64,000 nucleotides of DNA from Bugula neritina (Eukaryota; Animalia; Bryozoa): the NCBI GenBank assembly GCA_964035545.1, contig OZ037768.1:22787319-22851318 (forward strand), read 5' to 3'. Position numbers and translations under genes: made by a program. This document shows positions 1-13,346 of this stretch, piece by piece (the stretch's first letter is position 1; each line of letters opens with the position of its first letter). Under the pieces are notes generated by a model. The model made no database searches. It was not told the origin of the DNA and worked only from the letters and a program-made list of their open reading frames with translations.

Positions 1-24
1 TGATGGTGAAGTGTTTTACTGTAG

Positions 25-1872
25 ACATCACACAGAACAGCACTCTCGGTGAGCAGGAGTTAGAGAGGGAGAGGGGAGTCATCCTCCGTGAAATGCAGGA
101 AGTGGAAACTAATCTACAGGAAGTTGTGTTTGACCACCTGCACTCAGCAGCCTATCAGGGCACTTCCCTCGGCTTCACCATTCTCGGACCAACTGAGAAC
201 ATCAAGTGAGTTGTGTTGTTGGCCGCCATTACTCTGTAGCAGAAGCTATGAAACTTGGTCTTTATGAATATATTCTTTAGTTTTGCAAAGCTCCATAATG
301 CTCTGTATCCTATGTTTCTATAAACTTAGTCAATCTATAAAGCTGATTATCTTCTGCAGTTCTATCAAAAGAAGTGACTTAGTCGACTACATCGGGAACC
401 ACTATAAGCCTCACCGCATTGTCCTGGCCGGCGCCGGGGGAGTGGATCACGACAAGCTGTGTTCCCTGGCCGACAAGTACTTTGGTAATCTCTCCCCATC
501 CTATGAGAACGCTGCCCACGGAGTCCCTGATCTGACCCCAGCCGTCTTCACTGGCAGCGAGGTGAGTGGGCGTGGCCAAGAGAGCTTAAGTGAGCGTGGC
601 CAATAGGACCTCCCTTGCATTACTCATTCCTATCATTTACTGCTGTCATCTGGTAATTGTGCTGTCTGCTGCAGATCCGAGTGAGAGATGACGCAATGCC
701 TCTGGCACACATTGCCATGGCTGTGGAGACGTGTGGGTGGGACAATGCTGACAACATAGCCCTGATGGTAGCCAACACACTCATCGGCTCCTGGGACAGG
801 GCTATGGGTGGCGGTGCCAACCTGCCCTCTATTCTAGCATCAAAGAGTGCTGAGTCTAATCTCTGTCACAGTTTCCAGTCCTTCAACACAAACTACACGG
901 ACAGTGGACTGTGGGGAATCTACTTTGTAGCTGAGCCTCTTCAGATTGATGACACAGTCCACCAGATACAGAGTGAATGGTGGGTAGTTGTCTAACCTTT
1001 CCCTTCTATTTAATTATAGTTATACTGTAACCTGCTGTACTCTTAACTCCATGTATTTTGTATCACACTCTATATCGTAATGTATTCTATATCCTGTTTT
1101 GGTTTATTGTGATTTATACTCTATAGCACATAGTCTATAGTTCACCATCTATACTCTATAGCACATAGTCTATAGTTCACCATCTATACTCTATAGCACC
1201 TAGTCTATAGTTCATCATCTGTACTCTATAGCACATAGTCTATAGTTCATCTCTACTCTATAGCACATAGTCTATAGTTCATCATCTATACTCTATAGCA
1301 CATAGTCTATAGTTCATCATCTGTACTCTATAGCACATAGTCTATAGTTCATCTATACTCTATAGCACATAGTCTATAGTTCATCATCTGTACTCTATAG
1401 CACATAGTCTATAGTTAATCATCTATACTCTATAGCACATAGTCTATAGTTCATATTCTGAAATTGACTAGGATGAGACTGTGTAACAACGTGACCAACT
1501 TTGAGGTGCAGAGAGCTAAGAATATCCTAAAAGCCAACCTGTTACTGCAGTTGGATGGCACCACCCCAGTGTGCGAGGATATAGGCAGACAGATCCTATG
1601 CTATGGCAGAAGGATTCCATTAGCAGAGTTGGACGCTAGGATTGAGGTGCGCTATACATTCCAGTATTACGTTCAGTTGGTGCAGAGAGTATGTTCAGTC
1701 TTATAGTGTTTGTATGCTGTGTGTGTTGTAGAGTGTAGATGCTCAGACAGTGATGAATGTATGCACAAAGTATATATACGACCAATGTCCAGTTGTCTCA
1801 GCTGTGGGGCCAGTTGAACAGTTGGATGACTACGGCTTACTCAGAGGTGGCATGTACTGGGTGAGAACTTAG
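25..1872 (+). CDS. PMPCB: Mitochondrial-processing peptidase beta subunit / complex III core-1 (peptidase M16B), 5'-truncated by the window edge; exons ~25-205, 360-561, 675-979, 1472-1646, 1732-1872
   Basis: Spliced translation gives [86 protein letters not shown] and C-terminal [10 protein letters not shown]. All introns are GT-AG and in phase. The HxxEH motif lies outside the window, so PMPCB versus UQCRC1-like is not fully resolved. Confidence 0.88.
1116..1454. repeat. Intronic minisatellite, ~31-34 bp unit (TACTCTATAGCACATAGTCTATAGTTCATCATCT), ~10 copies
   Basis: Direct reading; ends ~15 nt before the acceptor at 1471. Confidence 0.95.
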
Positions 1873-2526
1873 AACAGGAAGTGTATCTCTCGTCCAATAG
1901 CTGCTTTACTAACTTATTGACGATGCAACAGGAACCGTATCCAGTTGTCTATTGGTTATTTTGCGAAGATTACTATGTTTTCTGGGCAAATCGTAACGCA
2001 CTCAGAATTATAATTTGTGAATCCAATTTCTAGGATACTGCGTCAGAATTTTATAGTGAGATGAAATTATTGTATATCATTGTATGGTATATATTTAAAT
2101 AAAATAAAAATATCAACACACTTATCACAGGAATAATCATGTACAATGGGTAACAAATCATTCGTCAATATTAAAATAGAAATCTATGTCTTGGTTCTCG
2201 TAACTCTACTAAACACTAAAATCATTGAACAAATTGGTTTCTCTGGTTGAAAAAAAAAATACAAAAGCATGATAAAATAAATATATCATTATGTTTATAC
2301 AAATAAATCATAAAAGTAGTGAGCAAGTAAAATTGGGGAAAATAAAACTTCTTGTTTGACTCATCTAAGCACTGACTGAATAGCGAATCTAGTTGAATAA
2401 ATTATATCTAGTAACGCAGGATTCTGGCAATCATTTGTAATATATTTATGGACTTGAAGTTGGAAAATCAAAATCAAGTTGAAGTTCTGTTAGAGTCTAA
2501 ATAGTAAACTATATTATGCTCACACT

Positions 2527-5500
2527 TTAACCTTTACGAGAATTTGCTGCTATCTTAATGGGCTTTTCCGGAGCCATTCTGAAATTTTGACTGTATTTTA
2601 TGGGCTTTTCCTACAACAATTAATCAAAATATTTAAATATGCAACATAATTTTGCTCACTACACATACACATATATAAATAGCGTCTTCACACAACTCAA
2701 CTGCTGTTACATTAATAAAACATAGCCTATGGGTAATAGTTTAGGTCAGAGTAACTTACTGGAGTGCCATCACAAGGCTCCAACACAAAGTTAGTTAGGA
2801 TCTTGACTAGAGCGATCTTCATTTCTAACAAAGCAAGTCTCATTCCAATGCAGTTTCTGTTTCCAATACCAAATGGCATCCACGCATATTGATGTCTTCC
2901 CTCGGAATTCTCAGGAGAAAATCTATTTCATGAAAATATATATAATTATTTCATAAGTCATTGCAAAATCAATTAATAGCGTATGATAAGTTTCAGTGAA
3001 GCAGCAAATCCTAATAGAGTGCTTTAAATCTGCTTTTAATAATTTTATGTGCAATAAAATTTATCTTGTACACATAAAAACAGTGTATATCGTGTTGATA
3101 TTACATTACAGAATAATATTCTCGGCTACAAAAACCCACTACAAAAACAAGAAATAATTTCTTGCATTCGGAATGCTAAAATATGTTTATTGTTGATAGA
3201 CTTTAAATCAAATACTCAAGATATTATGTTCTATAACATGAGTTAAATCTTAGCTCAAGTAAAATTTCCAGCCCAGTATTGGAATCTTGAGTATAGCCTT
3301 TTTAAAATGACATTAAAAAATGCTGTATGAAAATTGTTGATTTTGTGCAGAAATTGTTGCTAAATATGTTGCAATATTGGGAGTTGTTAAAAACAAATCA
3401 GTATAACAGTAAAAGAGAAGACAACTCTTGGTTACAGTGAACCCAGTAGTTCAGACTAGCTACAGTATGCTATAAAGAGTTACCTTTCTGGTCTGAACTC
3501 GTTAGGTTCTGGCCATATCTCAGGGTCGTGGTGTATAGCGTATATCATAGCTGAGACCATGCAGCCTGCAGGTAAATGTATTCCTTCAATAGAGGTGTCT
3601 TTCTCTACCAGCCTTTCTACTCTGTAATACATACATAGCATACTATATAGTATACATAGTATATTACACATAGTATAATATAGTATATATAGCATATTAT
3701 ACAGTATATAGTATATCCTGCAGTATACATAGTATATTATACAGTATATAGTACACATAGTATATTATACAGTATATAGTACACATAGTATATTATACAG
3801 TATGTAGTATACATAGTATATTATACAGTATATAGTACACATAGTATACTATACAGTATATAGTACACATAGTATATTATACAGTATGTAGTATACATAG
3901 TATATTATACAGTATATAGTATATCATGTAACACACATCTAAAAACACTGCAAGAGTCAAACCAACCTCGGTGCAGCTGGATAGATTCTCATAGATTCCT
4001 GAATCACCCAATCAAGATACTCCATTTTAGACAGCTCTTCATACGTGGCTTCTTCAGATGACATGTTCTCCATTATTTCTTCGTATGCCTGCAGTGTATG
4101 GTGACACAACTTCACATGTGAATTGGAATACCTTTGCTATTACAGAGTGTATAATAGATTGCTTATTAATTTATTTATATTTTATAAGATCTACTGATTC
4201 CTGTAAATGTAAAATCTATGGGTGTAGATAACAAATTTAGTGTGACGAGGTAATAGTAGAATATATAGTGTGACGAGGTAATAGTAGAATATATAGTGTC
4301 ACGAGGTAATAGTAGAATATATAGTGTCACGAGGTAATAGTAGATATAGTGTGACGAGGTAATAGTAGATATAGTGTGACGAGGTAATAGTAGATACAGT
4401 GTGACGAGGTAATAGTAGAATATATAGTGTGACGAGGTAATAGTAGAATATTTAGTGTCACGAGGTAATAGTAGATATAGTGTGACGAGGTAATAGTAGA
4501 ATATATAGTGTGACGTAGTAATAGTAGAATATATAGTGTGACGAGGTAATAGTAGAATATATAGTGTGACAAGGTAATAGTAGAATATATAGTGTCACGA
4601 GGTAATAGTAGAATATATAGTGTCACGAGGTAATAGTAGAATATATAGTGTGACGAGGTACTAGTAGATATACTGTGACGTAGTAATAGTAAGCCCACCT
4701 TCTGCTGCACGCCCTGGTTCATGGCCAACTCGTAAAGAATGAAGTTTAGTGTGGTTGCTGTCGTCTCGTAACCGGCCAGGAAAAACAACACGGCATTCGA
4801 TACAATCTCCTCCCTCTTCAAACCTGAATGATTATCAAACTTTCATAACAGACAATGAATCAACTTGAGCAGAAATCTCAACAGTATTCTAGCTAAGCAA
4901 TCAGCTATTTAAAACATTGGACTAAAATTCACTTAGCAATAACAACATGCTTTAATATGTTTATTTAAAATTATCAGTTTCCTAAAATATTTTTTCATGA
5001 GAATAAAAAAATAAAGCAGTAAAGCTAACAGAAATAGTGGAGCTGAAGAGAAATTTGGCCAGCAAACCATTTTTACGTAATGTGTCACACTAGTAGCTCT
5101 CACCTTTTGTTGTCCACACCTGGCCGTATTTATCAACTTGGGCGTCCGCATCGCCTCGTTTTGGATCCTCCACAAGCAAGTTGAGACAGAGTTGAATGAA
5201 GTCCTTCTGCTTAGTTGTTTCGTTACTGCGACCGTCAAATATTCTTCCCGTTACGTCTTTGAAGTAGCGTGTGGCCTCCATGTCTAATATACTCATCCCA
5301 AACTTTGTCAGAAATCTCTGCAGAAAGGTTGGAGCCAACACTAGAAAATACATGGCAATGATGTCTAAAGTTTTTTAGAATTATGTGTATATTATGCATT
5401 TCTTTAGAGGTCGATGTGTGTATTATTCATTTCTTTTCAAAGCTGGCATTATTGCCATCAACCTCTAGAGCTTTGGTAGGCCAACGAGATAGCAAGAATG

Positions 5501-8500
5501 TGGACGTTTAAGAGATCTCAATGGAAACCATCCAGAGGCTAGTTTTAAGAGGTTTTTTCATTAACAAACGTGCAGAATAACCCAAATAATGTAATGGTTT
5601 TTAAAAACTCTAGCAATATCCTACATAATGTATATATTAGTATACATGAAACAAATCAAGCTAATAGTGAATTGAAACGAAATGGTGACACGAAATAATA
5701 TATTGCTATGAGGCTTTGAGGCCACACAATCTCTATTTCACATATCATTTACTCTGCTATTTGAAGTTGAAAGTATGCAGTCAGAAACCTCTAGATAATT
5801 GTAATAAAAGCAAAGAACACTGTAGGTGAGCTATTCTAATTGGCTCACTGTATAGCATACATACAGAAGTAAGCTATTCTGAGTCCTGATTTGATTTTCT
5901 GGTAAAGCCCGGATGCAGAGTTGATGTTCATCATTTTATTGGCGTTGATCAGCATGGGGTGGTTCGGGTCCTTCTGGCTGTCAATCTGAATACCGAAGGC
6001 GGTGCTGCTTATCACGTCCATTGTGTAGCCACCAGTAAACCTGCACACAACAATTTAGCAGACAGTTGAAATGAAACTTTGAACACCTATTACTATTCTA
6101 ATAAAATATATTTTGCAAAGTTTTTATAAGTATAAAGTTTGTTCCCAAAATGGTGCATGTTGGGGTAGGGTGTGTGTGTGTGTGCATTTGTGTGTGTGTG
6201 TGTGTTTAGGTTTGAGCAGATATATAAAAGATTCAACTCGCTAATTTACAACAAAACAAAAAAGTAAAATTGCTAATTAATATAAGCGGGGCTATTTTAG
6301 ACTCATTTACTAGGGAGAACTCTAGGCACTAGGGGTTAGAGTGTTTACTTTTAGTGAACACGAAGTCATGGGTTCAAACCCCGACAAAGGCCATTGGTGA
6401 TGTTAGGAAGAGCATCCAGTCATAATTGCTCCTATGCCTCATCTTAATAAGTCCTTAGCCCGATTTAACAAAAACCCTTTCTATCAGGGTTTCTCACAGA
6501 GATGGTGACTATAAACTTGCGTGAGCGTGAGTTTTTATTTTAAACTCATTTACTAGTATAGAAGTTGTGTCAAAAAGCACCAATACGCACATTTTTGAGT
6601 CAAAGGGCTCTCCGTTCTGTTCTTTGATGTGCTCAACAAACGTGTTGGCGCAGACATCAATGCGACCTTTCATCTAGAAAGAGAGGCAAACACTCAAATA
6701 GTCGTGTAATATGCAAGATAATTTATAGTTGTATCATTAAATGAATGATTTGCAGAGAATAATTCGGTCATAGAATTATGAATCAACAGAAATAACTACG
6801 AGACAGAAGACTACCTGTGATGAGAGAGAGGCTACCTGTTATGAGAGAGAGGCTACCTGTTATGAGAGAGAGGTTAGCTGTGATGAGAGAGAGGCTACCT
6901 ATTATGAGAGAGAGGCTACCTGTTATGAGAGAGAGGCTACCTGTGATGAGAGAGAGGCTACCTGTGATGAGAAAGAGGCTACCTGTGATGAGAGAGAGGC
7001 TACCTGTGATGAGAGAGGGGCTACCTGATATGAAAGCGAGGCTACCTGTTATGAGAGAGGGGCTACCTGATATGAAAGCGAGGCTACCTGTGATGAGAGA
7101 GAGGCTACCTGTTTGAGTTTGCCGGAGGTGAAGGTCGGAGTGAGAGATGACCGCACGTGCCTCCAGTGGTCGTCTGTAAGAGCGGTCATAAAGTTGTCCA
7201 GCATTGACTCTCCTAAATTGAGGTCGTTTCTATTGGGCATGCTCGAGAAGTCCTTGATCATGGTTAGCCTTAGGTACTCGGGATCAGCTATGTCCAATAT
7301 AGGCACTCGACCTCTAAATGACCTTTGAATAGAACCACAAACTACATTATAAATTCCTATACACTGTATTATACACTCTTATACACTTCATTATATATTC
7401 CTATATATACTTTATACATTCTTATGCACTATATTATACATCTCCTACACACTGTTCTATATATTGTACTACCAAGCTGCACTATACCCTATGTTATGCC
7501 TTACTAAGCCACCGTAAGATAGAATGCGTCCCATATTGTCACCCTATGAACATAGTGTACCCAGAGAGCTCAATCTTATCTCATTCAAACAGTCAAGTAA
7601 CACTGAATGTTAAGTTAAGCTGCAGTCTAACTTACAGTAAGCCTTCTGACTGTCTCTAGATGTAAGCATTATCAGCTTTGTAGAATATACTATGACCATA
7701 AAACGCACTACACATATATGCTATAGCTGTTTAGCATATATGCTGTAGCTGTATAGCATATATGCTATAGCTGTATAGCATATATGCTATAGCTGTATAG
7801 CATATATGCTATAGCTGTATAGCACGAAACGTTATACTAGAACGGTTTGTATGTAACTTCAACATTATCACATCTCCACTTACCCAGATATTTTTCCATA
7901 CGTGTCGAGGATAAATTTATCATAAGTGGCAAAACTCTGCAACCAAAAGTAAACTGAATTATTTTAATCATTTAAAATATATAAAGGGCAAAGCAATAGA
8001 CAGTTCACTATATTCAATCTATACTTGAACTCAAACTGAAAACCTTGACGGTCACTCACTCCATGTTTTAGCAGTGAAAGAAAGTTTCCAAACAGTGGCC
8101 ACGGTTTCGGTCCTCTAACGCTCTGTTTAGACCATGTGTCATGCCTCCACGTGAGGTAGCTAAAAGTTAACATCAATTATTGAGATTTTACAGCAAGAAA
8201 TTCAGACCAGTTTGCACAAACAAAGAGTATACAAGTGAAAAACTGTTTAAGTTTATAGATGCTGAATAGTTCAACTTTGCCAGCCATCAAAACAAAGAAT
8301 AATGAAAACAACTAATAAGTTAAAATGAAAATGGGGCTACAAAATATTTCTTACAGCACCAACTGCTAATTTGATTTCAAGCCAAGAAGTTCTCATAAAG
8401 CATTAATTTGGTAAGACAGATAAAATAGTGTGACAGTGAAGAGTGAAAATGAATCCATCTGAGTTTTATTGACTACTAGTAGTGGTAAAGTTTAAATATC

Positions 8501-9314
8501 ACAGACTAGAAGAATTCTATAAAAGATAGTGAAATCTACAGGCCTTGTAGATTATATATATATACATATCACTGTCATAGAATAATTACCTACCATTATA
8601 ATTATAATTATAATTAGCAATTCATATCCACTCTTTTAGTTGCTACTGTTGGCAATATTTTTGTTGATACTGATTGTAAAAATGAACTGTGCAGGTCAAA
8701 ACCTAGTAGTTGTACTTACTTTTAAATCTGGGGTTAATGATTACTGATTAGTAATTGCTATTAGTCAAAAAATAGTAAATAAGTACAGAATGGCAGTATC
8801 AATATGATATAGTAAATATGAATATGGATTTGTTTTCATTGAATTATAATTAATAATTATATAATAAGTATAACATTAATAGCAATTATAACATAATATA
8901 AATATATACAGTAATAACTATGAGCATAAGTATAAGAATAACATAAATAATAAATATATATTAATATTATTTCTTATTGAAAGTAATTATCTTTTACAGT
9001 ATTAATAATTATCAGTTAATCACTAAATGTAATGATAATCAATCATAATCATAATGATAATCTACTTTTGCTTTTAGTGATGCCCATAATCAAATTGATA
9101 ATATGCACATGTATTGTATTAATTAATCAAATTAATTAACAGCATTCAAAAGACTTAAGCCCAAACCGACCATTAGTATGAGTGAAACTAAAAGTACGGA
9201 ACCCCAACTGTGACAAAGTGAAAGTGAAACAACTTACATGTAGCTAAGAACAGTTGCAATAGTCAACAGTATAGCCCATAATGGTATTTCTAAAACCCCT
9301 GCAATAATTTCCAT
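2527..9314 (-). CDS. Microsomal cytochrome P450, CYP3 clan (CYP3A-like), about 13 coding exons
   Basis: N-terminal anchor [22 protein letters not shown] (ATG 9314), [29 protein letters not shown]-helix AGYETTATT, ExxR (ESMR), FRPERF, heme motif [15 protein letters not shown] (~2840-2885), stop TAA at 2529-2527. Confidence 0.93.
3630..3922. repeat. Intronic minisatellite, 28 bp unit (AGTATATAGTACACATAGTATATTATAC)
   Basis: Direct reading; abuts a P450 acceptor. Confidence 0.9.
4239..4691. repeat. Intronic minisatellite, 25-28 bp unit (AGTGTGACGAGGTAATAGTAGAATATAT), ~17 copies
   Basis: Direct reading; starts right after the P450 donor near 4698. Confidence 0.95.
6313..6535 (+). mobile_element. 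tRNA-derived SINE, full length, with target-site duplication
   Basis: B box GGGTTCAAACCC, core AGGAAGAGCATCCAGTCATAATTGCTCC, tail GGGTTTCTCACAG..GTGACTATAAACTTGCGTGAG. Flanked by tatttta(g/a)actcatttacta at 6293-6312 and 6536-6555. Close match to the copy at 59714. Confidence 0.85.
6811..7111 (-). repeat. 21-bp minisatellite built from the P450 donor site, ~14 copies
   Basis: Sense-strand unit GTAGCCTCTCTCTCATCACAG. Confidence 0.95.
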
Positions 9315-9434
9315 GTTAGCTTAGTGGTGCTAAAGTATAATAATCAGCTTATTAAAACAGTTACAATCGTAGGTTTTCTTTTATAATTCCTGTATTTCAA
9401 TACTTCTCCATTCGGTGCTTCAAGTGTAAAATGT

Positions 9435-9467
9435 GTGACTGGGAAGGATCGGTATGCCCCTTTATAT
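9435..9467 (-). promoter_or_regulatory. Putative TATA box and initiator of the P450
   Basis: The minus strand reads TATAAA (9466-9461), followed ~25 nt later by CCAGTC, about 150 nt upstream of the ATG. Confidence 0.4.
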
Positions 9468-10022
9468 GCAATTACTATTTTGTTGCAGCGCTATAATCAT
9501 AGCAAAGGTTTTATTGAAAAACGACAACAACGTAAGTATTTTTGCGCCGACTTTTCTTCAAAGGTTGAATTGAGGCTATAAATTGTCCAATCAAATAAAA
9601 CCGTACTTTGCACAGTTTTGCAATCAAGGGTAGCAAATGAAACTAACCGTGTGTCATCTTTTGTAGTTCCAACTCACAGCCAATCTTACTATCTTCTATG
9701 TGTAAGCATGACGAAATATCAATATATGGGAAAGGTTAATGTTGGATCAGTTGGAGAACGATAGTATAGCTAGTGGTCAAAGCCTGAAAAACTAATGGAA
9801 TGCCTTAGATAAAATTTTAGTGCCTAAGATGACACCGAGCCGCAGGTTTCCTATATTGTATTAAAAAGTAAGATGCAAGGAAAAAACAGTGAAGTACCCT
9901 CTTGCACAATAAAATTATTTTTATTTTGCTCTTTTTTTCAGGCTGCAATTTCAAACATTTTTAAAGCAAATTAAATAAGAAAAATACCAGGTCTGTCTGT
10001 CTGTCTAAAACTAAAACATATA

Positions 10023-11328
10023 GGGGTAACGGGGGCACAACGGTCATAGGGGTACAAAAAGCCGGCCAAATTGTGAGAGAACTTATTAACTTGGAGTTGT
10101 GATTTTTTTTTCTTAAAAAGGTATTGACATAATTATTCAGCTTTTGTAGTTTCAACACTTGCGGAACATACGTGTTGAAAAGGCGAGTAAAAAACTGTTT
10201 TTGCCTACTTTTTGTAAATTTTTTAGGACGTCGTTAAATCCTCATAACTTTTTACACTCAAAGGCAAGAAGCCTAGATTTTACTAATATTGTTGCCATTG
10301 CTTGTCTCTACAATGCTTAACTAGTATAACAGCAAACACTGAAATAAATTTTCCTTGAGGCACATTTATTTTCGATTTGGCCACACGGGGCACAATGGGC
10401 CACACTGACCGGGGCACAATGGGCCACCTGATTATTGCACCCTGATCACTGTTATTAGTTTGTTTGCCTAAAAAGTTGGTTGAACTGTTACTAAAATCTA
10501 TAGATATATCCATTTCTAACCTTTTTGTAAAATATCAAAGACATCATGGTAAGACTACAAAACTACAAGTTGAAGCTCCCCTAATATATACATCTGGTGA
10601 GGTTAAAGCTTTGCAATTTTATACATAATACAAAACACTCTGTTGTTGCTACTGGTAGATAGTCATGATAATCATTATATATTACACCATTGAGGGAATA
10701 TACATGTATTTGACTGAAATAAATTGTGATTTGCTCATTTGCTTCCCCTCTCCCCTCCGTACTCCAGTCACAAACCTCAGTCATGCATGCACCTTAGCTA
10801 CAGTTCATAGAAAAAAGTCTACTCGGGTTTTCGTAGTACACGTTATTAAAGTTGTTTTTTGATAAATGTTGCTCTGAAGTGAAAATAACAGAACATTTTA
10901 GTTCTAAACAGTAATGATAATGGCACTGCAGAGCCGAGTGGCGTGCGTTTGATTTTGCCTTCCTCTGCTAACGGTAGTAACACAAACTGTACAGCTAAAA
11001 CATGAATTTTGCTGCAGATCTGAAAGAGAATCTTTATTTATTTGTAATATTAAATAAATAAAGATCAGATGTAACAAAATATACGCAAAATTTCAATATA
11101 TTTGTTGTGTCCCATTGTACCCCGGTACCGGGGCACAATGGGCCGATTTTTTTGTCGTGAACATTTCATTATTCTGAAAGTTGTGAGAGAGATAGAAACA
11201 ACAAACTGATACCTGTAATAGACAACATATGCAGCATTAAGACTAGAGATTATTAAACTAGTAACTTGAAAAACAGACGAATGAGAGCAACAAATGCAAA
11301 ATTCGGCCCGTTGTGCCCCCGTTACCCC
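10023..11328. mobile_element. Non-autonomous TIR DNA transposon, 1306 bp; TA/TATA flanks suggest Tc1-mariner/pogo superfamily
   Basis: Perfect 21-bp TIRs GGGGTAACGGGGGCACAACGG / CCGTTGTGCCCCCGTTACCCC; TATA on both flanks; internal GGGGCACAATGGGCC motifs at ~10387, ~10411, ~11130 and an inverted one at ~11110; no transposase ORF. Confidence 0.88.
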
Positions 11329-11864
11329 TATAATCAGGTTATATTAAATAGCAAATGACATTATATCAGTCCTGATTGTTGAAAATAATTTTAGTATTCA
11401 ACTTTGCATTTCTACAACTAAAGCACGCACTAATAACACATAAGCAGCTGAAAGAATTGAACGGGTGACTCAGAGAAACTGCTCATTTTCTAGCTCTATT
11501 CAGGTAAATAATGACAATAACTTCAAAAACTTGTGTTTAGGCTTTTGACAGTTATACATGCAGCTTCATCACCAGCTTTACCTTTCACCATGGAATCACT
11601 AATCACCCCTGCGGACCCCTGGTTTTGACCACTGACCATATTATAAGGCAGAAACTAACTTGTTGACAACTATTCTAATTTATCTTCATTCCAATTGCTA
11701 CCAGTTACTCATTGGTAACTGGTACAGTATCTACCAATGTACATATTACAAACAACTAGTATGAGGTATGATGGTGCAATGTGGACTTCCTTATCAATAA
11801 TATGTCTACCAGAGCTACAATGATTATAGATGATGCAATCAAAATACTAGGCACTCAAACTAAA

Positions 11865-12390
<526 letters not shown>

Positions 12391-13346
12391 AGTCAATGTT
12401 ATACACATCTTATTGATCACAGTATAGCCACATAGTCATATACTTGAACTAAATTATACTTGGTGCATATAAAATGCATATAGCCTTACTACACTAACTG
12501 TGTGTAGTTCAATAAACTGTAAAGTTTATAGTTGATAGTAAATTTGTTTGTATCCCAACTATTTAACTTAAACAGCTGTAGTCATGTATATTATATTATT
12601 TCAAACCAACAACTATAAGTCCATCTTTTCACAAAAGTTATTGAAGTTAGATTTTGTTACCAACTGGCACAGTAAAAACTACTAAGTAACCGAACTGCAA
12701 AAACTAAATTTTATTAAAACAAAAAGCTAACATAATATAAACAGAGATTATTCGACTTTCAAGATGTGACTAAATTATAAGCCACTTTACAAGACATACA
12801 TGATTGCATACCTGCAACAACTTGCACATGTTTTCAGGTAGTTTGATTGTAAGAATGGCAAACTTCTATCAACAAAACAATGAGAAGTAATGGTAAAGCT
12901 TTGACTACTTAGCTTATACATAGACAGTAACTATGACCACTGATAATGCTTCAGTCCAAACTGAAGTATATAAATACACACAATATAAATATTTATATCA
13001 ATATTACAATATTATATAATAAATATATAATACATAATTATTTACAAAATCTTATAATAAATAGTATAAAATAATATAAATGCAATTCAGTGCAATAAGA
13101 GATAACTGAATGCAAAACAGTTATTCCAAATGCTATATGCTAAGTGAACTAAATATAAACTGCGCTGAGTAGGTTTGTCACTGATTGGGTACAGACTATT
13201 TACACAATACGCTACTGTGTCTGCAAATGTATTTTCTGTCTCAGAATTCTTGTAATTTACAAAGAGATTAAAAAGCTTATATATCTGGATAAGCCATGCC
13301 ATCGACTAAGGTGTATCCCAGTTCATGCTTAACCACATCCTTAGCT

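Noticed and set aside
6817-7116. ORF of (MRERLPV)n
   Set aside because: Antisense read-through of an intronic 21-bp repeat
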